Below, in pieces: positions 1 to 8,793 of a stretch of DNA of 64,000 bases. Source of the stretch: Shigella phage ESH35. The notes below the pieces were generated by a model. It searched no databases, was not told the DNA's origin, and worked only from the letters and a program-made list of their open reading frames with translations. How positions within the stretch are numbered: position 1 is the stretch's first letter; each line of letters starts with the position of its first letter. A program made the translations under genes and the position numbers. The stretch lies in sequence record ON528745. One strand, 5' to 3'.

Positions 1-2
1 AT

Positions 3-650
3 GGTCGACATATAACTAATAACATCAATGATTCGTATGTTGGTAGTGGAAATTATATAGAACGTGTAAAAGTGTCAAATGACCACATATTATCAAAAAC
101 GGTTTTAGAAGTTTTTGATAATTATGATAAAATGGTACAAGCTGAAATATTATATATCATGGCAGGTAAATTGAAATATGGAAAAAACTGTGTTAACCTG
201 TCATACGGGGGTGAAGGAGGAAAGGTTGCAGATGAAACTAGGATAAAATGCAAAAAGCATTCTATAAATTTATGGAAAAATCCTAATCATATACAGCATA
301 TGAAGAAAAAGATGAAAGAGGTCACATCCACGCCGGAAGCTAAATTAAACACTTCAATAAAAACTTCGCAACGATATAAGGACCCAGTTTTTGTTAGAAA
401 AGTTAGTAATATTATTAAAAAGAAACTAAACAATCCTGCAGTAAAAGAAAAGCATATTAATGGAATTAAAGCTGCAAAGCGTTCTCATTTAACTATATGG
501 CAGTATGAAGATGAATTATTCGAGCTTTGGAAAGAAACTAAATATGGATGGAGAAAATTTACAAAGGAAGCTATAAAACACGGATATCCAAATGAACCGT
601 ATCGTAGTATGGTATCAACTTTTCAGAAAAGACATTTAGAAGAATCCTAA
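3..650 (+). CDS. GIY-YIG-family homing endonuclease (Seg-like), 5' end outside window
   Basis: Frame of track ORF 72..650 stays open to the window edge; upstream residues ...NDSYVGSGNYIERVKVSNDH resemble the YIG-Arg-His half of the GIY-YIG motif (cf. I-TevI); basic C-terminal half looks like a DNA-binding domain. Confidence 0.5.
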   Translation, partial: GRHITNNINDSYVGSGNYIERVKVSNDHILSKTVLEVFDNYDKMVQAEILYIMAGKLKYGKNCVNLSYGGEGGKVADETRIKCKKHSINLWKNPNHIQHMKKKMKEVTSTPEAKLNTSIKTSQRYKDPVFVRKVSNIIKKKLNNPAVKEKHINGIKAAKRSHLTIWQYEDELFELWKETKYGWRKFTKEAIKHGYPNEPYRSMVSTFQKRHLEES

Positions 651-720
651 GACAAAAAGGCAGTTCAGAAATAGATTATATGGACTGCCATCAAAAAGAT
701 GACTAGAATTAAACTGGTAA

Positions 721-1035
721 ATGGAGGTAATGATGTTATACTCAAAGGCTCGTGAAATTTATGAAACTAAAATTAAAGAAGCAGTATTTCAGTTCGCAAC
801 GACAATGCGTTGGACAAATGATTGGGAGTATTCAAAAAATCATAAGAAGCCCTTGGTGACAAGAAAGGCTCATATGTTAGTGTTAATAGACCGTGAGCAG
901 ATTAAAGCCCGAGAAGCCCTCCAGAATCATAAAAAGGCTGCCTTTGAATGGTTTATGGATAACACTGCTCCTGAGACTAAGAAAGCAGTGAGCGCTTGGT
1001 TCAGTGGAAAAAATTGTGAAAGAAGTTTCTTTTAG
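721..1035 (+). CDS. hypothetical early protein
   Basis: 104-aa track ORF with GGAGG just upstream of in-frame ATGs at about 730/733; sits in nrdC-distal plastic region. Confidence 0.4.
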   Translation: MEVMMLYSKAREIYETKIKEAVFQFATTMRWTNDWEYSKNHKKPLVTRKAHMLVLIDREQIKAREALQNHKKAAFEWFMDNTAPETKKAVSAWFSGKNCERSFF

Positions 1036-1037
1036 TT

Positions 1038-1095
1038 GTTTACAAGACTGTTCCTCTGTGGTACTATACAACTATCAACTACGGAGGAACAGAAA
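1038..1095 (+). promoter_or_regulatory. early promoter/leader cassette copy A (PeSL-like)
   Basis: GTTTAC -35, TACTAT -10 after TGTGG, leader ACAACTATCAACTACGGAGGAACAGAAA; 9-bp arms CTGTTCCTC/GAGGAACAG flank the -10; coordinates +/-2. Confidence 0.6.
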
Positions 1096-1623
1096 ATGAA
1101 CGCTAAAGATATTTTCAACTTGGTAAATTACAACGATGGTAAATTTAAATCTGAAGCACAAAGCAAGTTCTTTAATGACATCTCAATCGGAGGTGAAATC
1201 ACTGTTGATGGAGGACAAATTTACAAATCCCGTTGGAATTGGATCGTTATTATCGATGAGATTGGTATTGTAGAAATTTACAAGAATACGAATAAAAATC
1301 GTACATTACACTGGTCTCGTGATACTAACGAACAGTACAAAAAGGATAAAGCATCTAAATTATCTCGTGTAACTCAAGAAGATATTGAGTTCATCAAGAA
1401 AGATATTTTGATGTATGATAACTTAATTGCTGAAGAGCAAGCTGTTATTGATAAATTTGACGAGATTAAAGCTTCTCGTGAAATTCCTGATTTTATGAAA
1501 GAATCAGTAAATGAACGATACACTCTCATTTCAGAGCGTATTGAAACTTACAAAAAGCAAAGAGCTGAACGCCAAAATACTCTTCGGAAGTTTGAAGAAC
1601 GGTTAAAGACGGTACTCGCATAA
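1096..1623 (+). CDS. hypothetical protein with helical/basic C-terminal tail
   Basis: Track ORF 1036..1623 begins inside the promoter cassette; start moved to internal ATG (index 21) preceded by GGAGGAACAGAAA. Confidence 0.55.
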   Translation: MNAKDIFNLVNYNDGKFKSEAQSKFFNDISIGGEITVDGGQIYKSRWNWIVIIDEIGIVEIYKNTNKNRTLHWSRDTNEQYKKDKASKLSRVTQEDIEFIKKDILMYDNLIAEEQAVIDKFDEIKASREIPDFMKESVNERYTLISERIETYKKQRAERQNTLRKFEERLKTVLA

Positions 1624-1678
1624 CCGCTTTATACCAAGGATGGTATAATGGTTCTAAGCCCTTTTAATTGAGATTATT

Positions 1679-2086
1679 ATGAAACAGTTGATAATTAAAA
1701 GATTGAATTTATTGATATGTTGTTTATGTGTAGTAGTTGCATATGGTTATTACGCAATTAATGATTATATGCATTATAAAGATTATGATGTTACTGTAGT
1801 TAATACCCTTACAGGAACTCAAGGAAAGGGGTCTAGTTTATCGTTTATTGCCGTATATGAACTCAAAGACGGTTATAGATTTAGCGAATATATTTCACCA
1901 GAGATGTATTCTTCAATAGAAAAAGGTGATAATATTACTGTAAGTTTACGTCCTTTCGACGTAAAACAGACATTGTTTGATAATATTGTTTGGTTCTTTG
2001 GAATGGTATTAGTTCAATCTGTATGCGGTGCTTATATAGTCTTTTCCATCATATTCTGCGTATTTAGTAAAATTGAAATTGAGTGA
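1679..2086 (+). CDS. small membrane protein (two hydrophobic segments)
   Basis: 135-aa ORF; N-terminal LLICCLCVVVAYGYYAI and C-terminal IVWFFGMVLVQSVCGAYIVFSIIFCVF hydrophobic stretches. Confidence 0.5.
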   Translation: MKQLIIKRLNLLICCLCVVVAYGYYAINDYMHYKDYDVTVVNTLTGTQGKGSSLSFIAVYELKDGYRFSEYISPEMYSSIEKGDNITVSLRPFDVKQTLFDNIVWFFGMVLVQSVCGAYIVFSIIFCVFSKIEIE

Positions 2087-2093
2087 GGAAAAT

Positions 2094-2981
2094 ATGTCAG
2101 TAGTAATTAATAATGTCAATGCAGTAATTAAATCTTTAGTTAATAAAAAATTGAATGAATGGACTGTACTTCGTCGTGGAGAGCCAGATAAATTTTTTCA
2201 TAGATTTAACCCAACTTTGGATTTGAATGTTATTGACAGAGATGTTCATGCTGAAATTTTAGATAAATTTAAAGTTGATATTGGGTTTGGATTAGATAAA
2301 CATTTACAGCGAACAAACGGGTCTGGAATGAGTTTATCTAATCGCATCATGAAAGCCCTTAATAAAATTGGAGCATTGTCTCGTATTAATGCAAGTGAAA
2401 TTCTTCGCAATTATAATAAAGGCTATGATCTTTACGGTCGACTAATGCCGAAATTATCATTTGACCAAATGATCGCAGATTTGTGGGAAAATCAACGACG
2501 ATTATTAGCATTAGGCGCTCGATTAGCTAAAGGTCTAGATAAACAAATGATTTTTAAGACCAATAATACAGAAGACCTTAAATGCTTTAAATTTAGCACT
2601 CGTGGAGATGATTATTACGTCAGAGCTCACTCTACAGATTATGCCAATATGGGTCATCATCTCTGTTTAGCTTTTGAAATTTTAAAAGAAGCCGGAACAT
2701 TAGAATATTCATCTGGTGCAAAATGTCCAATTGGTTCAAGTTGTATTTTAATTTATCGCCCGGATGAATCCAGTTCATCTAAATTACCTACAAAACCTGT
2801 ACCAGTTCGTAGTAACGAAAAACATTCTGAACAAATTGATTATTTTAATAAGCAAATTGAAGAGCTGAATATTTCTATTCAGCAATATGATGATGAAATT
2901 TTCAGACTATCTGGACTGAGTAGTAAAGCTAAATCTGAGCGTGAAAAGTTAATTAAAATTGTTGATTTACTTAAATCTTAA
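2094..2981 (+). CDS. hypothetical protein with C-terminal coiled coil (tandem family member 1)
   Basis: Track ORF 2073..2981 trimmed to ATG after GAGGAAAAT; about 295 aa; C-terminal heptad-like helix. Confidence 0.55.
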   Translation: MSVVINNVNAVIKSLVNKKLNEWTVLRRGEPDKFFHRFNPTLDLNVIDRDVHAEILDKFKVDIGFGLDKHLQRTNGSGMSLSNRIMKALNKIGALSRINASEILRNYNKGYDLYGRLMPKLSFDQMIADLWENQRRLLALGARLAKGLDKQMIFKTNNTEDLKCFKFSTRGDDYYVRAHSTDYANMGHHLCLAFEILKEAGTLEYSSGAKCPIGSSCILIYRPDESSSSKLPTKPVPVRSNEKHSEQIDYFNKQIEELNISIQQYDDEIFRLSGLSSKAKSEREKLIKIVDLLKS

Positions 2982-2989
2982 GGAACACT

Positions 2990-4015
2990 ATGAAAACTCG
3001 TTCTCAAATTGAAGATATGGTTCGTAATTGCAGCTATACTCGTGATGTTATGACATTTTTGTGCCAAAATAATTTAGACCCTGATAAAGTTAATCGTGAT
3101 ATTCACTTTAAATATATGAATAGCAGTGAATGGTTACGTCATTTTAGTAAAGCAGGGTATATTACGCAAATGACTGCTCGTGAACAGCTCACCGATTTCT
3201 GTAAAACTATTGATTATAAAAATCCTCTATTTGTTCAAGGTGTTGGTCAGAGTAAGGTCGATTTATCATCTGGATTTTTCAATCCAAATCATTATCGTAT
3301 TGAATGGAGATTTATTGCTCTATTCCGTAAACAATTAAAGCAAATTTTGTCGACGGCTAGTCGATTAAAAGGTTCTGACATTAACTTAAAGAATCTGAAA
3401 TTTGATGGTTATACTCTTCAGATGGAAGTAAGACCATTAAAAGAAAATAATAGAACTGCACGAATTAGCTTTAAACCTAGTACTAAAAATTCTCTTTCAA
3501 TTTGTGAATGTCTTAAATCACAGCTGACAGAAGCATTTAAGTATATGGATGTTGTTGCTGCTGTTCAATCTAAGATTTCGCAGCATTTCGAACGATTTAA
3601 ATTAGATACGACAACATATGAACTTGATATGATCGTTTCATTTAAATATGATTTTTTGAGAAAGGACGAAGTTACACAAGAGAAAAAGCAGGAAGTGCAA
3701 GATAACTTAAATTTAAATTTATCCAATTACTTATCAAACGATCCTAAATTTTGGATGTATAGTTCAGGTAATAAGGATGCATGGAAATTCAATAAAGTGA
3801 ATTTTCTTCCTATTGAAAATCCTAGTCTTAAACCTGTTGAAAAATGGCATGCAGATGCGATTGAGAAGTCTCTTAAGGCAGTAGATGATGAACTCGTTAA
3901 AGCGACCAATGAAGTGCTAGAAGCTGAAAAGGCGTTAGAACAAGCTCAGTCAAGGGTTCAAAATCTGACAAAGCAACGTTCTAAACTGAACAATGCACTA
4001 AATGCACTGAACTAG
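2990..4015 (+). CDS. hypothetical protein with C-terminal coiled coil (family member 2)
   Basis: 341-aa ORF starting MKTR..; ends in about 45-aa predicted coiled coil (EAEKALEQAQSRVQNLTKQRSKLNNALNALN). Confidence 0.6.
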   Translation: MKTRSQIEDMVRNCSYTRDVMTFLCQNNLDPDKVNRDIHFKYMNSSEWLRHFSKAGYITQMTAREQLTDFCKTIDYKNPLFVQGVGQSKVDLSSGFFNPNHYRIEWRFIALFRKQLKQILSTASRLKGSDINLKNLKFDGYTLQMEVRPLKENNRTARISFKPSTKNSLSICECLKSQLTEAFKYMDVVAAVQSKISQHFERFKLDTTTYELDMIVSFKYDFLRKDEVTQEKKQEVQDNLNLNLSNYLSNDPKFWMYSSGNKDAWKFNKVNFLPIENPSLKPVEKWHADAIEKSLKAVDDELVKATNEVLEAEKALEQAQSRVQNLTKQRSKLNNALNALN

Positions 4016-4044
4016 TTTACTTTGCCACAAGGATGTGGTATAAT
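4015..4044 (+). promoter_or_regulatory. early promoter (second repeated type)
   Basis: GTTTACTTTGCCACAAGGATGTGGTATAAT; near-identical copy at about 49027. Confidence 0.55.
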
Positions 4045-4072
4045 GTTCTTACTTTCTACTGAGGAGATTATT

Positions 4073-5074
4073 ATGACTCGTAACGAATATATCAAATCAT
4101 TCAATAGCGTTATTGATGATAAAGCTATACCGATGTTTGGACAAAATAGCGTTCTTTCTATTATCAATCAATGGCTCAATAGTGTTGATGCAGGTATTGT
4201 TTCTTCTGCTAAATTTATTCATGAAATTCGTAAAATTTCTAGCCGTGTAGATAAAGATAATATCAAGAAAACCTTTAAAGAGTCTCGTCTTCTTTCATAT
4301 TTGGTTAATCGGGATATTCTTGGTAATTTTGGGAAAGAAATTAAACGAACCAAAGATGTAGTAGGATATAATTGGTTCGGTGATGTTAATTCTTATCATC
4401 TTAATAATAAAGAAGACCCTGAGAATATTTTTACTCGTCGTTGGATTAGTAATTTCAGACTTTTCAAAGGACAAATTCTAAAATCAGCTTCTAAATTATG
4501 TTATGGCGATTATCGTCAAATTCATCCTTTGGCTTCTGATATGATTATCGTAAAAGAATATGAGCTTGATGAAAATAAAGTATCTATTTTTGTGAATTAT
4601 GGATTTTTTACACCAGAAACTAACCAAAAGAATATTAATAAATTTTTCTCAATTGCTAGCACTATAACTCGTCAATTAGAGACCGCATTACTTTGTATGG
4701 AAACAGTAGAAAATATTCATACTTATCCTTTTAAGAATATATGCGGTTGGGAAGGATATAAAATTATAATTAGCCTTCGTGAAGTGAAATGTGCGTACTC
4801 ACCGACTGATAAAGAAATTTACCAACAAAAATGTGAAGAAATTGTGAATACTCCTAAAGAAGAAACTACCCTTGAGGAACTAATGGAATGTCTTGACGAT
4901 TCACCTGAACCGGTAGAAATTCGTCCAGAAGTTATTGCACTAGAAAAAGCTTATAAAGAAGTTCTAGAAATTTCTAATAAAGCACAGAAAGAATATGAGC
5001 AGGCTAAAAGGATTTGGGAAGAATCTGTTAATCGCTTGGATCGTCTTGAACAAGCTTTACAGTTAATTAAGTAA
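4073..5074 (+). CDS. hypothetical protein with C-terminal coiled coil (family member 3)
   Basis: Track ORF 4022..5074 trimmed to ATG (index 18) after GAGGAGATTATT; early promoter GTTTAC..TATAAT upstream; C-terminal coiled coil. Confidence 0.6.
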   Translation: MTRNEYIKSFNSVIDDKAIPMFGQNSVLSIINQWLNSVDAGIVSSAKFIHEIRKISSRVDKDNIKKTFKESRLLSYLVNRDILGNFGKEIKRTKDVVGYNWFGDVNSYHLNNKEDPENIFTRRWISNFRLFKGQILKSASKLCYGDYRQIHPLASDMIIVKEYELDENKVSIFVNYGFFTPETNQKNINKFFSIASTITRQLETALLCMETVENIHTYPFKNICGWEGYKIIISLREVKCAYSPTDKEIYQQKCEEIVNTPKEETTLEELMECLDDSPEPVEIRPEVIALEKAYKEVLEISNKAQKEYEQAKRIWEESVNRLDRLEQALQLIK

Positions 5075-5126
5075 TTTAAAGCCAAGGATGGCTCGGAGTA
5101 TAAATCATTAACCAAGTGAGAAGAAC

Positions 5127-6056
5127 ATGAAAACTCGTAAACATTATATTGATTATTTTGATAGTCTTATTACTAAACACCGTAATTATCAGATCGGACA
5201 CAGAGCAGTAATCAATAATATTCTTCGTGATTTCCTTCAATATGTTGGCCAGGAAAATCATATCTGTAAAGATACTCAGAACGCTTATTCTTATTCGGTA
5301 GGCAATTTGCTTGAATGGTTTAAACGTTCTCGTATGTTATCTTCTACTGTAGCTCGTGATAACATTGAAAACTTTATGAAGCCGAGCTTCATTAAATCTG
5401 CGACATCTATAACCGATTTGGTTGAATTTACTATTGTTAACGATGTTAAAAAGACCCATTTGGCTGATTGGTTATCTACCATTCCTGAAACTAAATTTGC
5501 TGATAAATTTGCTTGTCAATTCAATGACCAAGTGAATATGCTTTTTAAGCATGCTCGCAAACTATTTACCGCGGGCGATGACCGTACAAATACAGTTCAT
5601 GTTAAGGACTGGGTTATTGCTGATGAAGTAACACACAAGCCAGGTGGTTCATCAGTATTAATTAATATCCAGGTTCCTTATTATTACTCACGTAATCTTG
5701 GCACCATGACAGCTAAAGAAATTAATAAGCACAACAAAACTATTCGTTCGTTGTCTTATAAACTCCGCATGGTGTTAAAAATTATGGACGTAGTGGAAAT
5801 GTATGACGAAACCGAAGATAATGGTTCAATGTTATACAGTTCACGCATTCTAATTAAACTGAAGAACCCTAATACATATAAGACAGTTGTAAAAGAGCCT
5901 AAAGTAGAAAAGGTTGATAATCTGAGTGAAGAACGTGAATATCTCAATGCCCGTTTGATTGAAGTTGAAGCCCAAATTACAGAACACACCAAATTGTTAA
6001 AAGCTCTTAATGCAAAAGCAAATGGTTTACGTAATGCTATTGAGGTATTGAAATGA
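5127..6056 (+). CDS. hypothetical protein with C-terminal coiled coil (family member 4)
   Basis: 309-aa ORF starting MKTRK..; C-terminal helix [42 protein letters not shown]. Confidence 0.6.
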   Translation: MKTRKHYIDYFDSLITKHRNYQIGHRAVINNILRDFLQYVGQENHICKDTQNAYSYSVGNLLEWFKRSRMLSSTVARDNIENFMKPSFIKSATSITDLVEFTIVNDVKKTHLADWLSTIPETKFADKFACQFNDQVNMLFKHARKLFTAGDDRTNTVHVKDWVIADEVTHKPGGSSVLINIQVPYYYSRNLGTMTAKEINKHNKTIRSLSYKLRMVLKIMDVVEMYDETEDNGSMLYSSRILIKLKNPNTYKTVVKEPKVEKVDNLSEEREYLNARLIEVEAQITEHTKLLKALNAKANGLRNAIEVLK

Positions 6057-6442
6057 AAAAGCGTTTATTAGAAGACATTGCAGCTTCAAGTAATTCCAGT
6101 TTAATTAAAATTATTATGGCTGGTGAGGAAGATGATATGGAAATGCGTGGAAAGATTCACGGCTGCGACGATTTAGATTTTAAACCTCCAGCATGGGATG
6201 CTATTATGGCTATGGTTGAACGACGTGAAAGAGCTTCTAAAAACGTTCCTAATTGCCCTGAATGCGGTACTGAACAAGTTCAATTGATTAACTGGCGTAA
6301 ACCAGAGCTTGAATATAAATGCCGTCAATGTAAACATAAATTCAGTAAGCATGCTCCGGAAATGGTTAAATTGCCTGACTCTACTGAGTTCTTTAAAGAA
6401 CTTGTGAGTGTTCAACCAATGCCTAATAATATTTTGGATTAA
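6053..6442 (+). CDS. zinc-ribbon protein
   Basis: 129 aa; CPECG...CRQCKHKF CxxC-x18-CxxC motif; start overlaps upstream stop (ATGA). Confidence 0.5.
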   Translation: MKKRLLEDIAASSNSSLIKIIMAGEEDDMEMRGKIHGCDDLDFKPPAWDAIMAMVERRERASKNVPNCPECGTEQVQLINWRKPELEYKCRQCKHKFSKHAPEMVKLPDSTEFFKELVSVQPMPNNILD

Positions 6443-6444
6443 AA

Positions 6445-6687
6445 ATGACCAAGCGTAAAGAATATATGGAGGCTGCTGAAAAGGCAGTCCGTGAATTAGC
6501 AATAGCTTATTATAATGAACATGGTAAATTTCCTGATAGATACAGCGTGCTTAAATCTGCTTTAACTCGTTCATATAAAAATATGCTATCAGAAGTAAGT
6601 GATATTATATACAAACATAAAGAACAAACGGGCCAAAGTCTTGATTACGACGAGACTTTTAAACAAGTACTAGGAATTAAGGAATAA
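6445..6687 (+). CDS. hypothetical early protein
   Basis: 80-aa ORF tightly packed between neighbours. Confidence 0.45.
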   Translation: MTKRKEYMEAAEKAVRELAIAYYNEHGKFPDRYSVLKSALTRSYKNMLSEVSDIIYKHKEQTGQSLDYDETFKQVLGIKE

Positions 6688-6688
6688 T

Positions 6689-6952
6689 ATGTTTAAAGTA
6701 TATGGTTATGATAGCAACATTCATAAATGTGTGTATTGCGATAATGCAAAACGTCTTTTGACCGTGAAGAAACAGCCGTTTGAATTTATCAACATTATGC
6801 CGGAAAAAGGTGTTTTTGATGATGAGAAAATCGCTGAGCTTCTGACTAAACTAGGTCGTGATACTCAAATCGGCTTGACAATGCCCCAGGTATTTGCTCC
6901 TGATGGAAGTCATATTGGTGGATTTGACCAACTGCGAGAATATTTTAAATGA
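6689..6952 (+). CDS. nrdC: thioredoxin/glutaredoxin NrdC
   Basis: 87 aa, CVYC redox motif, sequence recognised as T4 thioredoxin. Confidence 0.85.
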   Translation: MFKVYGYDSNIHKCVYCDNAKRLLTVKKQPFEFINIMPEKGVFDDEKIAELLTKLGRDTQIGLTMPQVFAPDGSHIGGFDQLREYFK

Positions 6953-7164
6953 TGCTCGAAGGAACTGACTATATTCATGATTACCGCGGAAGCGCGGTAT
7001 ATGTAGGTGATGAAGTTGCAGTTTATTATGGGTATGGAACTTTGATGACAGCCAAGGTTATTCAAATTAAAAATAATCGTGCTAAACTTGAAGTTTATTA
7101 TTCTAATGGTGAAAAGTCTATTTCTAAGTGGAAATACGGCGATTGTATGGTCAAACTGGGGTAA
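6949..7164 (+). CDS. hypothetical protein (49.3 position)
   Basis: 71-aa ORF overlapping nrdC stop by 4 nt. Confidence 0.45.
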   Translation: MMLEGTDYIHDYRGSAVYVGDEVAVYYGYGTLMTAKVIQIKNNRAKLEVYYSNGEKSISKWKYGDCMVKLG

Positions 7165-7166
7165 AT

Positions 7167-7337
7167 ATGATTTACGATATTAATGTAGCAAGAGCTCCGT
7201 CAATGGTTACTATTCCTGCTGAAGAACTAGATCGTCTTCATAAAATTGAAGAACTTCTTTGGGAAATTGAATCTGATTTGCCATCAGGATTAGAATCCTG
7301 GATTGATTATGAAGAACTTAATAAATTGCGAAATTAA
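7167..7337 (+). CDS. hypothetical protein (49.2 position)
   Basis: Track ORF 7128..7337 trimmed to internal ATG (index 14). Confidence 0.4.
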   Translation: MIYDINVARAPSMVTIPAEELDRLHKIEELLWEIESDLPSGLESWIDYEELNKLRN

Positions 7338-7347
7338 TTGGTGAAAA

Positions 7348-7668
7348 ATGACTATTGAAAATAAATTAGATGTTGATGCAGTTCTGAGCGAAATCATTGA
7401 AGACCATGATGCATTTTCGGAAAACTATGATTTCGATTTTTCCGATTATCTTAAACCTATCGAAATAGAAGACTGGGTGCAAGATGGTAAATGCCAATAT
7501 CGTCAGTGTGTTTACTTTAGTCCAAAACATAATGTACATGTAGCGGTAAATGAATCTCGGTCAGGTTCTTATCATTCTGACTGGTATTATGCAGTTCCGA
7601 CTGTTGAACTAGTCGAGCCCCGTGAACGTGTAGTAACTCAGATAGTACGAGAATGGATTACGATATAA
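7348..7668 (+). CDS. hypothetical acidic protein (49.1 position)
   Basis: 106-aa ORF, acidic N-terminus. Confidence 0.5.
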   Translation: MTIENKLDVDAVLSEIIEDHDAFSENYDFDFSDYLKPIEIEDWVQDGKCQYRQCVYFSPKHNVHVAVNESRSGSYHSDWYYAVPTVELVEPRERVVTQIVREWITI

Positions 7669-7791
7669 AACCTTGGTGGGCGGCTAGATGGGAAACTGTA
7701 GAGCCAGAGCCGGAAGAACCGGTTTACACTGATGAAGAAACAGTATATAATGAACCAACGATAAATGACTTAATTGATATGGATATGGGAC

Positions 7792-8277
7792 ATGATTACA
7801 GTAGATAAGTGGTTTAGAATTAATCGTGCTGATACAGGGCTGTGTAATTACTGGCCGGAACTTAGTGCAGGTACTGTCTTTAAAGTTCGTGAACTTGCAA
7901 AAGAATGTGAAGATGATATAGAGCCTGATACTGGAATTATTGAAATTGAACTTTCCGACGGAAAGATTATTAATATCTATGATAAGCCAATTACGTATTG
8001 GTGCTTATGGAATACTGAATCCATTGAAAATGGCGAAATTGAAGAAGTTGTAGAGCGAACTAATCAAGTTGTTCAGAAGCCTAAAGCCGATTTTCAAGGT
8101 GAACGTATTTCATACGCATTAGCTAAATTAGCTGCACAAGAAAATAACGATGGCTATGAAGGAAATTTGATGCAAACTGCGGCAGAATATATTGAATGGC
8201 TTGAAACCCAAATTTCTTTTTCTGACCAAAAGATTCGGCAATATAAGCGATTGAATCAAATGTTTTACAATACTTGA
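7792..8277 (+). CDS. pin: possible Pin (protease inhibitor) homologue
   Basis: Track ORF 7774..8277 (TTG start) trimmed to ATG, giving 161 aa, the T4 Pin length; position immediately upstream of gene 49 matches T4 synteny; no sequence identity check possible. Confidence 0.45.
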   Translation: MITVDKWFRINRADTGLCNYWPELSAGTVFKVRELAKECEDDIEPDTGIIEIELSDGKIINIYDKPITYWCLWNTESIENGEIEEVVERTNQVVQKPKADFQGERISYALAKLAAQENNDGYEGNLMQTAAEYIEWLETQISFSDQKIRQYKRLNQMFYNT

Positions 8278-8319
8278 AAATAATAAATACCCTTATCTAT
8301 TTAAGGTAAGGGTTTTATT

Positions 8320-8793
8320 ATGTTATTGACTGGCAAATTATACAAAGAAGAAAAACAGAAATTTTATGATGCACAAAATGGTAAATGCTTAATTTGCCAA
8401 CGAGAACTAAATCCTGACGTTCAAGCTAATCACCTCGACCATGACCATGAATTAAATGGACCAAAAGCAGGAAAGGTACGTGGATTGCTTTGTAATCTCT
8501 GCAATGCCGCAGAAGGTCAAATGAAGCATAAATTTAATCGTTCTGGCTTAAAGGGACAAGGTGTTGATTATCTTGAATGGTTAGAAAATTTACTTACTTA
8601 TTTAAAATCCGATTACACCCAAAATAATATTCACCCTAACTTCGTTGGAGATAAATCAAAGGAATTTTCTCGTTTAGGAAAAGAGGAAATGATGGCCGAG
8701 ATGCTTCAAAGAGGATTTGAATATAATGAATCTGACACCAAAACACAATTAATAGCTTCATTCAAGAAGCAGCTTAGAAAGAGTTTAAAATGA
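8320..8793 (+). CDS. 49: endonuclease VII (Holliday junction resolvase)
   Basis: 157 aa; N-terminal zinc-binding CLICQ..HLDHDH..CNLCN; recognised as T4 gp49. Confidence 0.85.
   Translation: MLLTGKLYKEEKQKFYDAQNGKCLICQRELNPDVQANHLDHDHELNGPKAGKVRGLLCNLCNAAEGQMKHKFNRSGLKGQGVDYLEWLENLLTYLKSDYTQNNIHPNFVGDKSKEFSRLGKEEMMAEMLQRGFEYNESDTKTQLIASFKKQLRKSLK

Noticed and set aside
1-15. ATG at window position 1 as a gene start
   Set aside because: That frame hits TAA within five codons; the real ORF is in frame 3 and continues upstream of the window.
883-1071. Minus-strand track ORFs lying inside + strand genes (883..1071, 3727..3909, 5076..5261, 8706..8987, 18213..18596, 25084..25371, 47381..47671, 51858..52082 and similar)
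   Set aside because: They overlap well-supported + strand genes in a tightly packed early region, lack ribosome-binding sites and are typical shadow ORFs of AT-rich DNA. Only the HNH ORF 19635..20348 and ORF 35186..35386 lie in gaps with their own signals.
1036-1095. Track ORF starts that begin inside promoter cassettes (1036, 4022, 26848, 45380, 53755)
   Set aside because: The upstream parts translate the promoter and leader and use TTG/GTG; an internal ATG with a proper Shine-Dalgarno sequence follows each cassette, so starts were moved.
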